Of a DNA stretch of 64,000 nucleotides, positions 48,812 through 58,712 are shown one piece after another; position 1 is the stretch's first letter; every line of letters begins with the position of its first letter. The translations under genes and the position numbers were made by a program. Origin of the DNA: an uncultured delta proteobacterium (lineage in GTDB: Bacteria > Myxococcota_A > Polyangia > Palsa-1104); contig CAWAWS010000039.1 of assembly GCA_963785725.1 (NCBI GenBank), forward strand, positions 320,001-384,000, written 5' to 3'. The notes under the pieces are model-generated. The model was not told the origin of the DNA. It made no database searches and worked only from the letters and a program-made list of their open reading frames with translations.

Positions 48812-49248
48812 GCGGCCCCGCTGGTGAGCGCGCGGCGGATGCTGGCGGCGTCGAGCGTGGCGACGGCGTCGACCGCGCCGTACAGGCGGCGCAGGTTGTC
48901 GAGCCGGCGGGTGCCGAAGTCGTGCACGAACAGCGCCGGCTGCGCGAAACCGGCGGCGCGCAGCTCGGCCAAGATCAGCGTGCCCTGTTGATCTTGCAGG
49001 TACCGCAGCGCGCGGGCGGTGTCGCCGGCGAAGAGGCGCGCCGCCGTCGCCGCCAAGTCGCCGACGAGCGCCGCGGCCGGCGCGCGATCGAAGCGCAGGT
49101 CGACCAGCAGCGCGTCGGCGCCGTCGGCGCGCAGCGACGCCAGCGCGGCGGCGGCCGATTGCGCGGCAGCGACGGCAAAGTCGGTCAAGAAGACGCGCGC
49201 GAACTGGACGTATTCGTCGCCATCCTCGATGACGAGCAGGCGCCTCAC
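48808..49248 (-). CDS. Atypical single-domain receiver protein
   Basis: GTG start; LLVIED, ALLVDLRF, long insertion, then QGTLILAELR. Confidence 0.7.
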   Translation of the reverse strand: MRRLLVIEDGDEYVQFARVFLTDFAVAAAQSAAAALASLRADGADALLVDLRFDRAPAAALVGDLAATAARLFAGDTARALRYLQDQQGTLILAELRAAGFAQPALFVHDFGTRRLDNLRRLYGAVDAVATLDAASIRRALTSGAA

Positions 49249-50708
49249 GCGGCCTCGGCGTCGGCGTCGAGCGCGCGAAACAGGCGCAGGACGACGTGCT
49301 TGGCGTAGCCGCTGTCGGGCGCGGCCGGCTCGACGACGAGCGCGCCGTCGTAGCGTTCGAGCGCGGTCGTCGTCAGCGCCAAGCCGCGCCCGCTGCCGAG
49401 CGGCGACGGCAGCGGCAGCGGCGCCGGGTTGCTGTCGCGCACGCGCAGCCGCACGATCTCCTCGCCCGTCGGCTCGACGGCGACGGTGACGTCGATGGCC
49501 ACGCGGCGCGGCGACGGGCCGGCGGCGGCGGCCACGATCGCGTTGCGCAGCACGTTCTTCAGCGCCAGCGCCAAGTCGAGCCGATAGATCTCGACGGCGA
49601 TCTGCGGCGGCGGTGGCGTCAGCGTCAGCTCGTCGACGACGGCGCGACCGCCGAGCTCGCGCTGCACTTCGGTCAGGAGCGCGCGCAGCAGCGCTTCGTC
49701 GACGATCGTGTGCTGCAGCCGCGCCGTCAGCGTGCCGAGCGCGGCGTCGAAGGCGCGCAGCCGCTCGAGCGCGCGGACGACGCGATCGGCGACGGCGCGA
49801 TCGCCGCGCGCCAAGGCTCCTTCGGCGCCGGCGATGAGCGCGAGCGTGCGGCCAGCCTCGGCGAACGTCGGATCGTGGCGCACGAGGTCGAAGCGCGGGC
49901 CGAGCGCGCGCATGAACGCGCCCAAGTGGCCGGCCCACGCCACCGGCAGCGGCTCGCCGCCGTACAAGCGCGCGACGAGGAATTTACGCTCGCCGTCGCG
50001 CAATTCGCCGCGCGCCAACGCTCGCGCTGCGTCGCCCGCCGCCAAGATGCGGTGTTTGAGCAGCTCGTGACGCAAGCAGCCGACGAGATACGCGATCGCC
50101 GGCTGCAGCTCGGGATTGGCCGCCGCCAGCTCCGCCAAGGTCGACTGCCGACGACGCGCACGGGCGATCACCAAGGCCGCGGCCAGCAACGTCACCAACG
50201 CGACGACGACGATGGGCGCGAGCGGCAGCGGTGACGGCGGCGCCGGCGCGTCGAGGAAGCCGGCGATCTCCGGGCCGAGCGCGGCGAGCTCGGCGCGCGC
50301 GGCGTCGGCGTCGCGGCCGGGCGCCGCCTGGCCGAGGAACGAGCGGTAGAGCGTGGCCGCGCGCTCGTCGAGGCCGCGCCTGCGACAGGCGCGCGCCAGC
50401 GGCAAATAGAGCGCCGGATCCATCGGCGCCTGCGCGGCGGCGGCGGCGAGCGCGGTGCGCGCGTCGCTGGTGTCGCCGGCGGACAACGACGCGATGCCGC
50501 GGCGGTAGTCGGCGTCGGCGGCGCGCAGCCGCGCGTGCGCGGCGCGACCGTCGGGCGTGGCGTCGTCGAGCGCGCGCCACAGTCGCCAGGCGTGCGCGTC
50601 GCGGCGTTGCCAGGCGTCGTCGGCGCGACGCCAGCTGCGCGCGTCGTCGCCACCGCAGCCGACGAGCGTCGTCGTCAGCAAGAGCGCGCATGCCCAGCCT
50701 CGGCCCAC
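49245..50708 (-). CDS. Atypical membrane sensor histidine kinase with TPR-like extracytoplasmic domain
   Basis: Lipobox-like LVGC, TPR-like helices, TM, RHELLKH, KNVLRNA, VRDSNP, GRGL. Confidence 0.7.
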   Translation of the reverse strand: MGRGWACALLLTTTLVGCGGDDARSWRRADDAWQRRDAHAWRLWRALDDATPDGRAAHARLRAADADYRRGIASLSAGDTSDARTALAAAAAQAPMDPALYLPLARACRRRGLDERAATLYRSFLGQAAPGRDADAARAELAALGPEIAGFLDAPAPPSPLPLAPIVVVALVTLLAAALVIARARRRQSTLAELAAANPELQPAIAYLVGCLRHELLKHRILAAGDAARALARGELRDGERKFLVARLYGGEPLPVAWAGHLGAFMRALGPRFDLVRHDPTFAEAGRTLALIAGAEGALARGDRAVADRVVRALERLRAFDAALGTLTARLQHTIVDEALLRALLTEVQRELGGRAVVDELTLTPPPPQIAVEIYRLDLALALKNVLRNAIVAAAAGPSPRRVAIDVTVAVEPTGEEIVRLRVRDSNPAPLPLPSPLGSGRGLALTTTALERYDGALVVEPAAPDSGYAKHVVLRLFRALDADAEAA

Positions 50709-50749
50709 GCGTCGATTATACCCGCGCCGCGCGTGCTACGCTGAAGGCC

Positions 50750-51847
50750 ATGCGCGGTGCCGCCTTCGCGCTCCTCTTGCTCCCGTCGCTGGCCGCGGCC
50801 GCGCCGCCCACCATCGACGTCTACACGATGGGCGCCGGCGACGATCTGTTCAGCGCCTTCGGCCACGCCGCCATCTGCGTCAGCGACGACGCCGCGCCGC
50901 GCGGTCGCTGTTACAACTACGGCACCGCCGACTTCACGACGCCGGTGCCGCTGACGTGGGACTTCATCCGCGGCCGCGCCCGCTTCTGGGTCTCGGTCGC
51001 CGATCTGCCGTGGATGCTGCAGTATTACGTCGCGAACGGGCGCGCCGTGTGGCGGCAGACGCTGGCGCTCGACGACGCCGCCGCGCAGCGCATCTCGGTC
51101 GCGCTCGCCATCAACAGCGACGAGCGCAACCGCTACTACCGCTATCACCACTTCGACGACAACTGCACGACGCGCATCCGCGACCTCCTCGATCGCGAGA
51201 CCGGCGGCACCTTGTCGCGCGATCGCACGCTCGGCGGCCCGACGTTTCGGCAGTGGGCGCGCCAAGGCTTCGCCGGCGACGTCGCGCTGCAGGCGGTCGT
51301 CGAGCTGTTCTTGGGCCGCTCGTCCGATCGCCACACCGACAGCTGGAGCGCGCAGTTCCTGCCGTCGGAGCTGCGGCGTCAGCTGGCCGAGCGGCTGCAC
51401 GCGCCGCCGGTGCTCGTCGTGCCCGGTCGTCCGCGGCCGCCGCCGGGCGCGCTCTGGCTCGGCCGCGCCGCGTTCCCGATCGTCGGCGCGCTGTTGGCGC
51501 TGCTCGTGCTCGTCGCGCGCCAACGCGCGCGCGCCGCGCTCGTCGTGGTCGCGTTGGTGCTCGGCCTGTTGGGCGCGATCTTGTGGCTGCTGGCGGCGCT
51601 CTCGACGTTCCCCGAGCTGACGCGCAACGAGCTGCTGCTCGTGTTTTTGCCGACGGATCTGCTGCTGCCGGTCTTCGATAAGCTGGGGCGCGCGCGTTGG
51701 CTCGGTCGTTATGCCAACGCGCGCGTCGTCGGGCTGGGCTTGGTCGTGCTCGTGCGCTTGGTGGGAATCTTCGCGCAGCCGCTGTGGCCGCTCTTGCTCG
51801 CGCTGTTGCCGCTCGTCGCTATTGGAACATCTTCGCGACGGGAATGA
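50750..51847 (+). CDS. DUF4105/Lnb-like membrane protein (lipoprotein N-acyltransferase family)
   Basis: FGHAAI, YNYG, DNCTT, FLP; C-terminal TM bundle. Confidence 0.75.
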   Translation: MRGAAFALLLLPSLAAAAPPTIDVYTMGAGDDLFSAFGHAAICVSDDAAPRGRCYNYGTADFTTPVPLTWDFIRGRARFWVSVADLPWMLQYYVANGRAVWRQTLALDDAAAQRISVALAINSDERNRYYRYHHFDDNCTTRIRDLLDRETGGTLSRDRTLGGPTFRQWARQGFAGDVALQAVVELFLGRSSDRHTDSWSAQFLPSELRRQLAERLHAPPVLVVPGRPRPPPGALWLGRAAFPIVGALLALLVLVARQRARAALVVVALVLGLLGAILWLLAALSTFPELTRNELLLVFLPTDLLLPVFDKLGRARWLGRYANARVVGLGLVVLVRLVGIFAQPLWPLLLALLPLVAIGTSSRRE

Positions 51848-53354
51848 TCTCGACGTCGGCGTCGCCGTTGACGCCGATCGGCAGCTGCTCGATCACCTTG
51901 TCCGCCGCCAGCAGCGCCGCCGGCTTCTTCGGCGAGTTGCCCTGCGCGTCCTTCTGGTAATGCATCGGCGACGGCGCGTTGGTCAGGATCGTCTTCTTCA
52001 GCTCCGCCGCTTTGGGCGCCACCAGCACGATCTCCATCTGCGGCGCCAGCGCTTGCACCTGCTTCCACACGCGCGCCACGTCCGCCGGCGTCACCTTGGC
52101 GATGTCGTCGCGCAGCGTCGCCAGCAGATTCTTGCCGCCGCCGAGCGCGTGATCGTCGAGCGCGTAGCCGAGCCGGCGCCGATCGGTCTGCGCGTACAAG
52201 AGCACGTAGCCGTCGAGGAAGCCTTTGGCGCGCTCGACCTCTTCGGCCGAGAACGGCTCGTCGGTGCCCGAGCGCGCCAGCTCGTACAGCGCGGCCCGCA
52301 GCGCGAACAGCGCGTTCTCGTTCTGCACCGGACGCAGCCAGATGGTCAGCTCACCCTGCTTGCGCGCGCGGCCGGTCTGCGCGGTCACCGCGTCGCCGCC
52401 CTCTTGCTCGAAGTGCTCGAGATAGGCGTAGTCGCCGTAGTTGAGGCCGCGCATTTCACGCAGCCGCTGCATGAGCCGGCCGTGCATTTGCCGATGCTCG
52501 CCGAAGCACGAACGCGCCACCAGCAGCGCCGGATAGTCGGGGCTGTGCCGCGTCAACGCCCACGGCACGCCGATCGAAATCGCCGTCGACTCCGTCTGCT
52601 TCTCGACGATGCGCACGCGCGGCCGATGCGGCGCCTGCGCCGGCACTTCGACCATGGGCGCGCCCGTCGCCGGCAGCGTCGCCGCCGCCGCGCGCAGCTG
52701 CGCGACGACGTCGGCCGGGTAGCCGCCGGCGACGCCGATCGTCAGCCGATCGCGCGTGAACACGTGCGCCGCCTGCTGCTTCACGTCGGCCATCGTCAGC
52801 TGCTTCAGGTCGCTCGCGTGCCCGATCGTCAGGTGGCCGTAAGGATGACCGCGGAAGATCAGCTCCTCCAGCGCCGCCTTGCCCAAGTTCTCGTCGTCGC
52901 CTTGGCGCAGCCGCTTCTCGACGTCGTTGACGGTCTCGTCGCGCAGGCGCGTCAGCTCCGACGGATCGAAGCGCGGCCGCGCCACGACGTCGCCGAGGAT
53001 GCCGACCATCTTCTGCACGAAGTCCTGGTGCACGGTGACGATGAACGTCGTCAGCTCCTTGTCGACGCGCGCGTGCACCTCGGTCGCCATCGGAAACAGC
53101 ACCTTGCGCAGCTGCTCGGAGTCGAGCGCCTGCGTGCCGCCTTCGGCCATCAGCTTGGCGGTCAGCGCCGTCAGGCCGTCTTTGCCCGGCGGATCGTCGA
53201 CGGAGCCGGCGTGAAACTGCAGCGTCAGCGTCACCAGCGGCGACTTGGTCGGCAGCGCCACGACTTCGACCTCTCGACCTTTGGCCGCGTCGTCGCCTTG
53301 CGCGAACGCCGACGGCGCGGCGAGCAAGAAAATGGCCAGCGCGAGCCGCTTCAT
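51819..53354 (-). CDS. M16 family peptidase, non-catalytic subunit
   Basis: Signal peptide; AGSVDDP.GK.GL without HxxEH; RL...LRE.RGLNYG. Confidence 0.85.
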   Translation of the reverse strand: MKRLALAIFLLAAPSAFAQGDDAAKGREVEVVALPTKSPLVTLTLQFHAGSVDDPPGKDGLTALTAKLMAEGGTQALDSEQLRKVLFPMATEVHARVDKELTTFIVTVHQDFVQKMVGILGDVVARPRFDPSELTRLRDETVNDVEKRLRQGDDENLGKAALEELIFRGHPYGHLTIGHASDLKQLTMADVKQQAAHVFTRDRLTIGVAGGYPADVVAQLRAAAATLPATGAPMVEVPAQAPHRPRVRIVEKQTESTAISIGVPWALTRHSPDYPALLVARSCFGEHRQMHGRLMQRLREMRGLNYGDYAYLEHFEQEGGDAVTAQTGRARKQGELTIWLRPVQNENALFALRAALYELARSGTDEPFSAEEVERAKGFLDGYVLLYAQTDRRRLGYALDDHALGGGKNLLATLRDDIAKVTPADVARVWKQVQALAPQMEIVLVAPKAAELKKTILTNAPSPMHYQKDAQGNSPKKPAALLAADKVIEQLPIGVNGDADVEIIPVAKMFQ

Positions 53355-54697
53355 TTGGCACCTTCCGTCGTGAGCGTGAGCGTCGTGCGGTTGTTGTCGA
53401 CGAGCCACTTCTTCGCGAACGCCACCAGCTCGGCCGGCTTCACCTTCTGAATGCGCGCCGACTCTTTGTTGATGAGCTCGAGGTCGCCCGTCTGCGCCGT
53501 CATCACCGCCAGCGAGACCGCGATGTGATCGGCGGTGTCGAAGCGCATGATGCGCGAATATTTGATGTTGGAGCGCACGCTGTCGAGCCGCGGCGCGTCC
53601 ACGTCGCCGCCGGCCAGCTTGGCGATCTCGGCGGTGATGGTGCGCGTCACCTCGTCGAAGTCGCTGGCCTTCTTCACGCGCACGAAGGCCGCGAACAGCG
53701 ACGGATCGCGGTGAATGTCGGCGCCGCCGTCGAGGCGATCGACGATCTGGCGCTTGATGACGAGATCTTGATAGAGCGGGCTGGTCGGACCGAACAGGTA
53801 GTCGGACAAGATCTCCTGCACCGCGGTCGCGCCCAGATCGCCCGCGCCCGGCGCATGCCAGGCCAACACCAGCCGCGGCAGCGTCGGCGTCTTCCAGTCG
53901 ACGTGCGCGCTGCGCGGCGCCGTCTGCGGCGGCTCGGGCGTGATCGCGGCCGGGTTGAGCTTGCCTTTCCAGGGCGAGTAGGCCTTCGTCAGCTGCGCCA
54001 ACGTCGCCGCCTTGTCGAAGTCGCCGACGACGAACACGGTGGCGTTGTCGGGCGTGTAATAGCGGCGAAAGAACTCGCGCGAGTAGTCGAAGCCCGACGG
54101 CATCGCCTTGACGTCCGCCAAGTAGCCGATCGTCGTATGGCGATAGGTGTGCTTGGTGAACGCCGTCTCGGCCAGCTTCTCGAACAAGATCTGCTCGGGG
54201 CTCGACGCGCTCTTGGCGTACTCGCCCAAGATCGCGCCCGCTTCGGTCTTGAACTGCTCTTCGTCGTACTGCAGGTGCTGGAAGCGATCGGACTCGAGCT
54301 CGATGATCGACGGCAGCGCCTTCGTCGGACCGTACTCGTGATAGATGGTCATGTCCTCGGTGGTGAAGGCGTTGGTGGCGAGGCCGAGCTTGGCGATGGT
54401 GCTGTTGTATTCGTCGGCCGGATGCGTCGGCGTGCCGCGAAACATCATGTGCTCGAAGAAGTGCGCGTAGCCGGAGCGGCCGGCTTCGGGCTCGTTACGG
54501 CTGCCGACCCGCATGAGCGTGTAGTAGGCGACGAGGCCGGGAGAGTCGTAAGGCACGAGCACGAGGCGGACGCCGTTTGGCAGCGTGTGGACGTCCATCG
54601 GGAACGGGAACGCTTTGGCCGCGGGCGGCGCTTTGGCGCGCGCGGGTGTTACGCCGAGCGCCAGCGCGGCGACGGCGAGAAGGAGCGGGGCTCGCAT
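53351..54697 (-). CDS. M16 family zinc peptidase, catalytic subunit
   Basis: VGSRNE, GYAHFFEHMMF, NAFT, YYTPDNA. Confidence 0.92.
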   Translation of the reverse strand: MRAPLLLAVAALALGVTPARAKAPPAAKAFPFPMDVHTLPNGVRLVLVPYDSPGLVAYYTLMRVGSRNEPEAGRSGYAHFFEHMMFRGTPTHPADEYNSTIAKLGLATNAFTTEDMTIYHEYGPTKALPSIIELESDRFQHLQYDEEQFKTEAGAILGEYAKSASSPEQILFEKLAETAFTKHTYRHTTIGYLADVKAMPSGFDYSREFFRRYYTPDNATVFVVGDFDKAATLAQLTKAYSPWKGKLNPAAITPEPPQTAPRSAHVDWKTPTLPRLVLAWHAPGAGDLGATAVQEILSDYLFGPTSPLYQDLVIKRQIVDRLDGGADIHRDPSLFAAFVRVKKASDFDEVTRTITAEIAKLAGGDVDAPRLDSVRSNIKYSRIMRFDTADHIAVSLAVMTAQTGDLELINKESARIQKVKPAELVAFAKKWLVDNNRTTLTLTTEGAK

Positions 54698-54780
54698 GGA
54701 AACCTCCGAGCCGCGTGCGTAACACGAAGCATCGCCGCTTGGCCAATGCGTTCGCCCGCGCCTGCAAACACCTATGTGGC

Positions 54781-56127
54781 TTAGTAGTCGTAGCCGACGG
54801 TGAAGACGCCGCCGTAATACTGGTCGATGAAGCGGTTGGCCGTGCGCCGCGTGGTCACGTCGTTGTCGAACGAGCCCATGATGCGCTCCCAAAACGCCGA
54901 GCCGCCGACACGTAGCCGCCGCCACACGTAGACGTCGAGGCCGCCGCGCAGCATGATGCCGTTGGTCGTCGCCAGGCCGTATTCGTCGCTGTCTTCGAGC
55001 GGGCCGTCGTCGGGGAAATATTCGTAGGCGAAGCTGAGCCAGGGCGTGATGCGCTCGTGCCAGAAGTTGGCTTTGGCCTGCACGCCGAAGATGCCGTAGA
55101 CGTAGGCGGCGTCGGGCGGACCGGCGTCGGTGCGCGCCATCGTCGTCGGGTCGACTGCCTTGGCGATCGAATACGTGTGTAAGCCGGCGCCGAGCAGCGC
55201 CGAGATCTCCAGCCGCGGATGCCATTTGCGCACGACGAAGCGCCACTTGGCGCCGCCTTCGACGCGGAATTCGCTGGTCGCATATTGATGCGGCGTATTC
55301 AAGAACTCGGTCGTCGGCCAGAACGGCTTGTCGAGCGTGAAGAAGCCGCCGAGCCCCGCGAACACGCCGTGCTCGACGGCGTGCAGGAACGCGAACGGAT
55401 AGAGCGCCAGATCGACGTGCACGCCGCCGGCCGTGCCCGGCGAATATTTGGGCGGTGTCCCAGGCAGGAACTTCAGCCAGCGACTGTCGATGATCGCGCC
55501 CACCGACGCTTCGATCCACGGATACCAGCGCGGCCGCGGGACGTTGGGCAAGAGCGGCGGCTTCGGCGGCGCGATGATCATCGGCTGCGACGTCTCGAGC
55601 GCGCCCGGCGCCTTGATCTTCTCGGTGTCGGTGGCCTGCTTCGACGGCGGCGCCGGCTGCTCCGGCGGCGGCGTCGCTTCCGCCACCGGCGCGGCTTGCG
55701 GCGCCAGCGCGGCTTGCGCCAGCTCGTCGACCTGCTTGCCGAGCTCGCTCAGCTGCTCGGCCGTCAAATGCCGCCCGCCTTGCAACGGGATCGTCAGCTG
55801 TCCCGCTTGCTGCTTCGACTCGGCGTTGCTCACGGTCACTTCGACGACCAGCCCTCGGTCGCGCTTGGCCACCGTTCCCGACACGATCACATATGGCTGG
55901 GCTTTCGCCAGATCGCTCGCCTTGACGAGCGCGCCGCGATCGCCGAGCGCCTTCAACACCGCAGCCTGCGGCTCGTCGGCGTGCAGGCCGGTGAAAGGCG
56001 TCACCGCGACCGGCGCCGCGCCCGGCCCGCCGCGCTTCTGTCGCGGCGCGGCCTGCGAAACCGCGCCCGCGCCGAGCAAAACTACAAACAGCGACAGCAC
56101 CGCAGCAAGCGAAGCGAAGGCGCGCAC
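54781..56127 (-). CDS. Probable outer-membrane beta-barrel protein with periplasmic N-domain and Pro-rich linker
   Basis: Signal peptide; amphipathic beta-strands; C-terminal GGVFTVGYDY beta-signal. Confidence 0.7.
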   Translation of the reverse strand: MRAFASLAAVLSLFVVLLGAGAVSQAAPRQKRGGPGAAPVAVTPFTGLHADEPQAAVLKALGDRGALVKASDLAKAQPYVIVSGTVAKRDRGLVVEVTVSNAESKQQAGQLTIPLQGGRHLTAEQLSELGKQVDELAQAALAPQAAPVAEATPPPEQPAPPSKQATDTEKIKAPGALETSQPMIIAPPKPPLLPNVPRPRWYPWIEASVGAIIDSRWLKFLPGTPPKYSPGTAGGVHVDLALYPFAFLHAVEHGVFAGLGGFFTLDKPFWPTTEFLNTPHQYATSEFRVEGGAKWRFVVRKWHPRLEISALLGAGLHTYSIAKAVDPTTMARTDAGPPDAAYVYGIFGVQAKANFWHERITPWLSFAYEYFPDDGPLEDSDEYGLATTNGIMLRGGLDVYVWRRLRVGGSAFWERIMGSFDNDVTTRRTANRFIDQYYGGVFTVGYDY

Positions 56128-56193
56128 GCGGTGAGAGTATCGCGTTTATCCGTTGACGGATAGTGATTAGCGGTGTTCTGATGAGCGCGGGCC

Positions 56194-58704
56194 ATGCACA
56201 TCCTCCGTCGTCTATGCGTGGTGCTACTCGCTGTCAGCGGCTGTCATTCGACGTTGAAGGCGCCGACCGCCGCCAGCGTCTCGGCCGATCTCGGCGGCGG
56301 CGTCGCCGACGGCGGCGTCGACGCCGCGGTCGCCGATCTCGCCGTCGGCGACATGGCCTGCTCGCCGCAAGTCACGAGCTGCGTCGGCTTGTGCGGCCCC
56401 GTTCCCGACACCTGCACCGGCAAGAACGTGCAGTGCGGCGCCTGCGACAACGGCAAAGTCTGCGACCTCGTCAGCCATCAGTGCATCACGCCGCTGACCG
56501 ACTGCAACGCGCTCGGCGCGCAGTGCGGCAACACGCGCAACAGCTGCGGCACGCGCATCTTCTGCGGCGATTGTCCGAGCGGCCAAGAGTGCGATCCCGA
56601 CACCAATCAATGTGTCACGTGCAATAGCAACGTCAGCTGCGCGGCGCTCGGCTATCAGTGCGGCCACGCCTGGCTCGGCTGCGGCCCGGAGACGGCGACG
56701 ACCGACTGCGGATCGTGCCCGGCCGGCGCCAATCCCGTCTGCAATCCCTACTTCAACTTGTGCGAGCCGAGCTGCACGCCGCTGTCGCCGGCGCAGCTGT
56801 GCGCCAACGCGCACGCCAAGAGCGGCGTCGAGTGCGGCCTCATCACCGATGGTTGCGGCGGCTACGTCGACTGCTCGGGCGTCACCGGCTACATGTGCGC
56901 GGCCGGCTTCAGCTGCGGCGCGCAGGGCGATCCCAACCGCTGCGAGCCCAACGAAGAGCCGACCGAGTGCGAAGCGGCGGGCAAGAACTGCGGCACGATC
57001 ACGTCGCAGTGCGGCGGCGTCAAGATCAGCTGCGGCACGTGCACGGCGCCGCAAGTGTGCAACAGCAACGGCGTGTGCGGACCGCCGTGCACGCCGATGA
57101 CGTGCGCGCAGCTCGGCAATCCGCAGTGCGGTAGCTTGCCCGACGGCTGCGGCGGCGTCGTCAAGTGCAACGACTGCCCCGATCCGACGAACTACACGTG
57201 CTTGTCGAACAACACGTGCTGCAAGAAGAAGACGTGCGCCGTCGACTACAACGGGCAGTGCGGCACCGGCCTCGACGACGGCTGCGGCGGCACCGAAGAC
57301 TGCACGTGCGCCAGCGGCGCCTGCCAGGCGACGACGACCGGCGTCGCCGGCCAGTGCTGCGTCAACACCGCGTCGTGCGCCGCCAACAGCTGCAACACGA
57401 CCGTGACCAACACGTGCACGGGCGCGCCCATCGTCTGCGCCTGCAACGCCACCACGCAATATTGCGACTCGACGACGAACACCTGCATGGCCAAGGAGAG
57501 CTGCGCGCAGGAGCCGGGCACGAACGGCCACGCGCCGAGCCAGTCGGGCGACAGCTGCAGCAACGGCGGCGCCTTCGATTCGGGCGGCGGCAATTTGATC
57601 TCGTGCCCGTGCGTGCAGGGCGAATACTGCATCGAAGGCGGGCCGCCCGGCACCGTCGTCACCGGCGCGACCAAGGGCACCTGCTGCGTCGACACCGCCT
57701 GCAACGCCATGAACTGCGGGCAGACGGTCAACAACACCTGCACCGGCAAGTCGGAGACCTGCGGCTGCCCGACGGGACAGTTCTGCAGCGGCGGCACCTG
57801 CATGGTCGACAAGACGTGCGCCGATTACACCAACGGCGCCGCCGGCAGCGAGTGCAGCAACGGCAACGCCTTCGGCAACGGCGCCGGCGGGCTCGTCAAG
57901 TGCCCGTGCAACGCCGGGCTCGAGTGCATCACGGGCGCCGCGCCCTCGCCGATCGCCAGCGGCTCGCAGATCGGCCAGTGCTGCGCGCCGACGAAGAAGA
58001 GCTGCGGCAACGCCTGCAACACGACCATCGAGACCGACACGTGCACCGGCGCCATGCAGAGTTGCGCCTGCAACGCCACCGTCGCCTACTGCGGCACCGG
58101 CAACGTCTGCGACGCCAAGAAGACGTGCAGCAACTACCAGACGAACGGCGGCAAGCCGGGCGACGTGTGCGGCTCGTTCCCCGACGGCAGCGGCACCGGC
58201 GGCACCATCAGCTGCGGCTGCGTCACCATCAACGGCTACGCCAACGACGCCTGCGTCGGCGGCGTCTGCACGTGCGTGCCGAAAGCGTGCGGCAGCTGCA
58301 GCGACGACGGCACGTCCGACGGCTGCGGCGGCACGCTGTCGTGCAAGTGCACGGCGCCGTCGCCGACGTGCTATCCGGCCGCCGGCGGCGCCAACGGCTG
58401 CTGCGAAGCCTACACGTGCACGACCATCCCCGGCGTGCCCGTCAACGACGCCGCCGCGTCGACGCCGGCCGAGCACCCGAGCTGCGGCTCGTTCGACGAT
58501 CACTGCGGCGGCGGCTTGCCCTGCCCGTGCCCGGCGAACAACCCGGTGACGGGCTTGGCGTGGCCCAACGACAGCTGCGTCGCGCAGCCGGGCACGACGC
58601 CGGCCTACGGCTTCTGCGAGTGCACGCCCACACCGTGCACGACGCTCGGCGCCGGCCCACACCCCAACGACGGCTGCGGCCACTTCGTGTTGTGCCCGTC
58701 GTGA
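56194..58704 (+). CDS. Large Cys-rich repeat lipoprotein
   Basis: Lipobox VSGC; recurring C..LG.QCG / DGCGG..C / TCTG...C units; roughly one residue in six is Cys. Confidence 0.85.
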   Translation: MHILRRLCVVLLAVSGCHSTLKAPTAASVSADLGGGVADGGVDAAVADLAVGDMACSPQVTSCVGLCGPVPDTCTGKNVQCGACDNGKVCDLVSHQCITPLTDCNALGAQCGNTRNSCGTRIFCGDCPSGQECDPDTNQCVTCNSNVSCAALGYQCGHAWLGCGPETATTDCGSCPAGANPVCNPYFNLCEPSCTPLSPAQLCANAHAKSGVECGLITDGCGGYVDCSGVTGYMCAAGFSCGAQGDPNRCEPNEEPTECEAAGKNCGTITSQCGGVKISCGTCTAPQVCNSNGVCGPPCTPMTCAQLGNPQCGSLPDGCGGVVKCNDCPDPTNYTCLSNNTCCKKKTCAVDYNGQCGTGLDDGCGGTEDCTCASGACQATTTGVAGQCCVNTASCAANSCNTTVTNTCTGAPIVCACNATTQYCDSTTNTCMAKESCAQEPGTNGHAPSQSGDSCSNGGAFDSGGGNLISCPCVQGEYCIEGGPPGTVVTGATKGTCCVDTACNAMNCGQTVNNTCTGKSETCGCPTGQFCSGGTCMVDKTCADYTNGAAGSECSNGNAFGNGAGGLVKCPCNAGLECITGAAPSPIASGSQIGQCCAPTKKSCGNACNTTIETDTCTGAMQSCACNATVAYCGTGNVCDAKKTCSNYQTNGGKPGDVCGSFPDGSGTGGTISCGCVTINGYANDACVGGVCTCVPKACGSCSDDGTSDGCGGTLSCKCTAPSPTCYPAAGGANGCCEAYTCTTIPGVPVNDAAASTPAEHPSCGSFDDHCGGGLPCPCPANNPVTGLAWPNDSCVAQPGTTPAYGFCECTPTPCTTLGAGPHPNDGCGHFVLCPS

Positions 58705-58712
58705 AAGGCGTC

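Noticed and set aside
56224..58683. Long antisense and alternate-frame ORFs (also 514-2712, 29454-31211, 60025-62577)
   Set aside because: Shadow ORFs of high-GC genes; Arg/Ala-rich with no motifs
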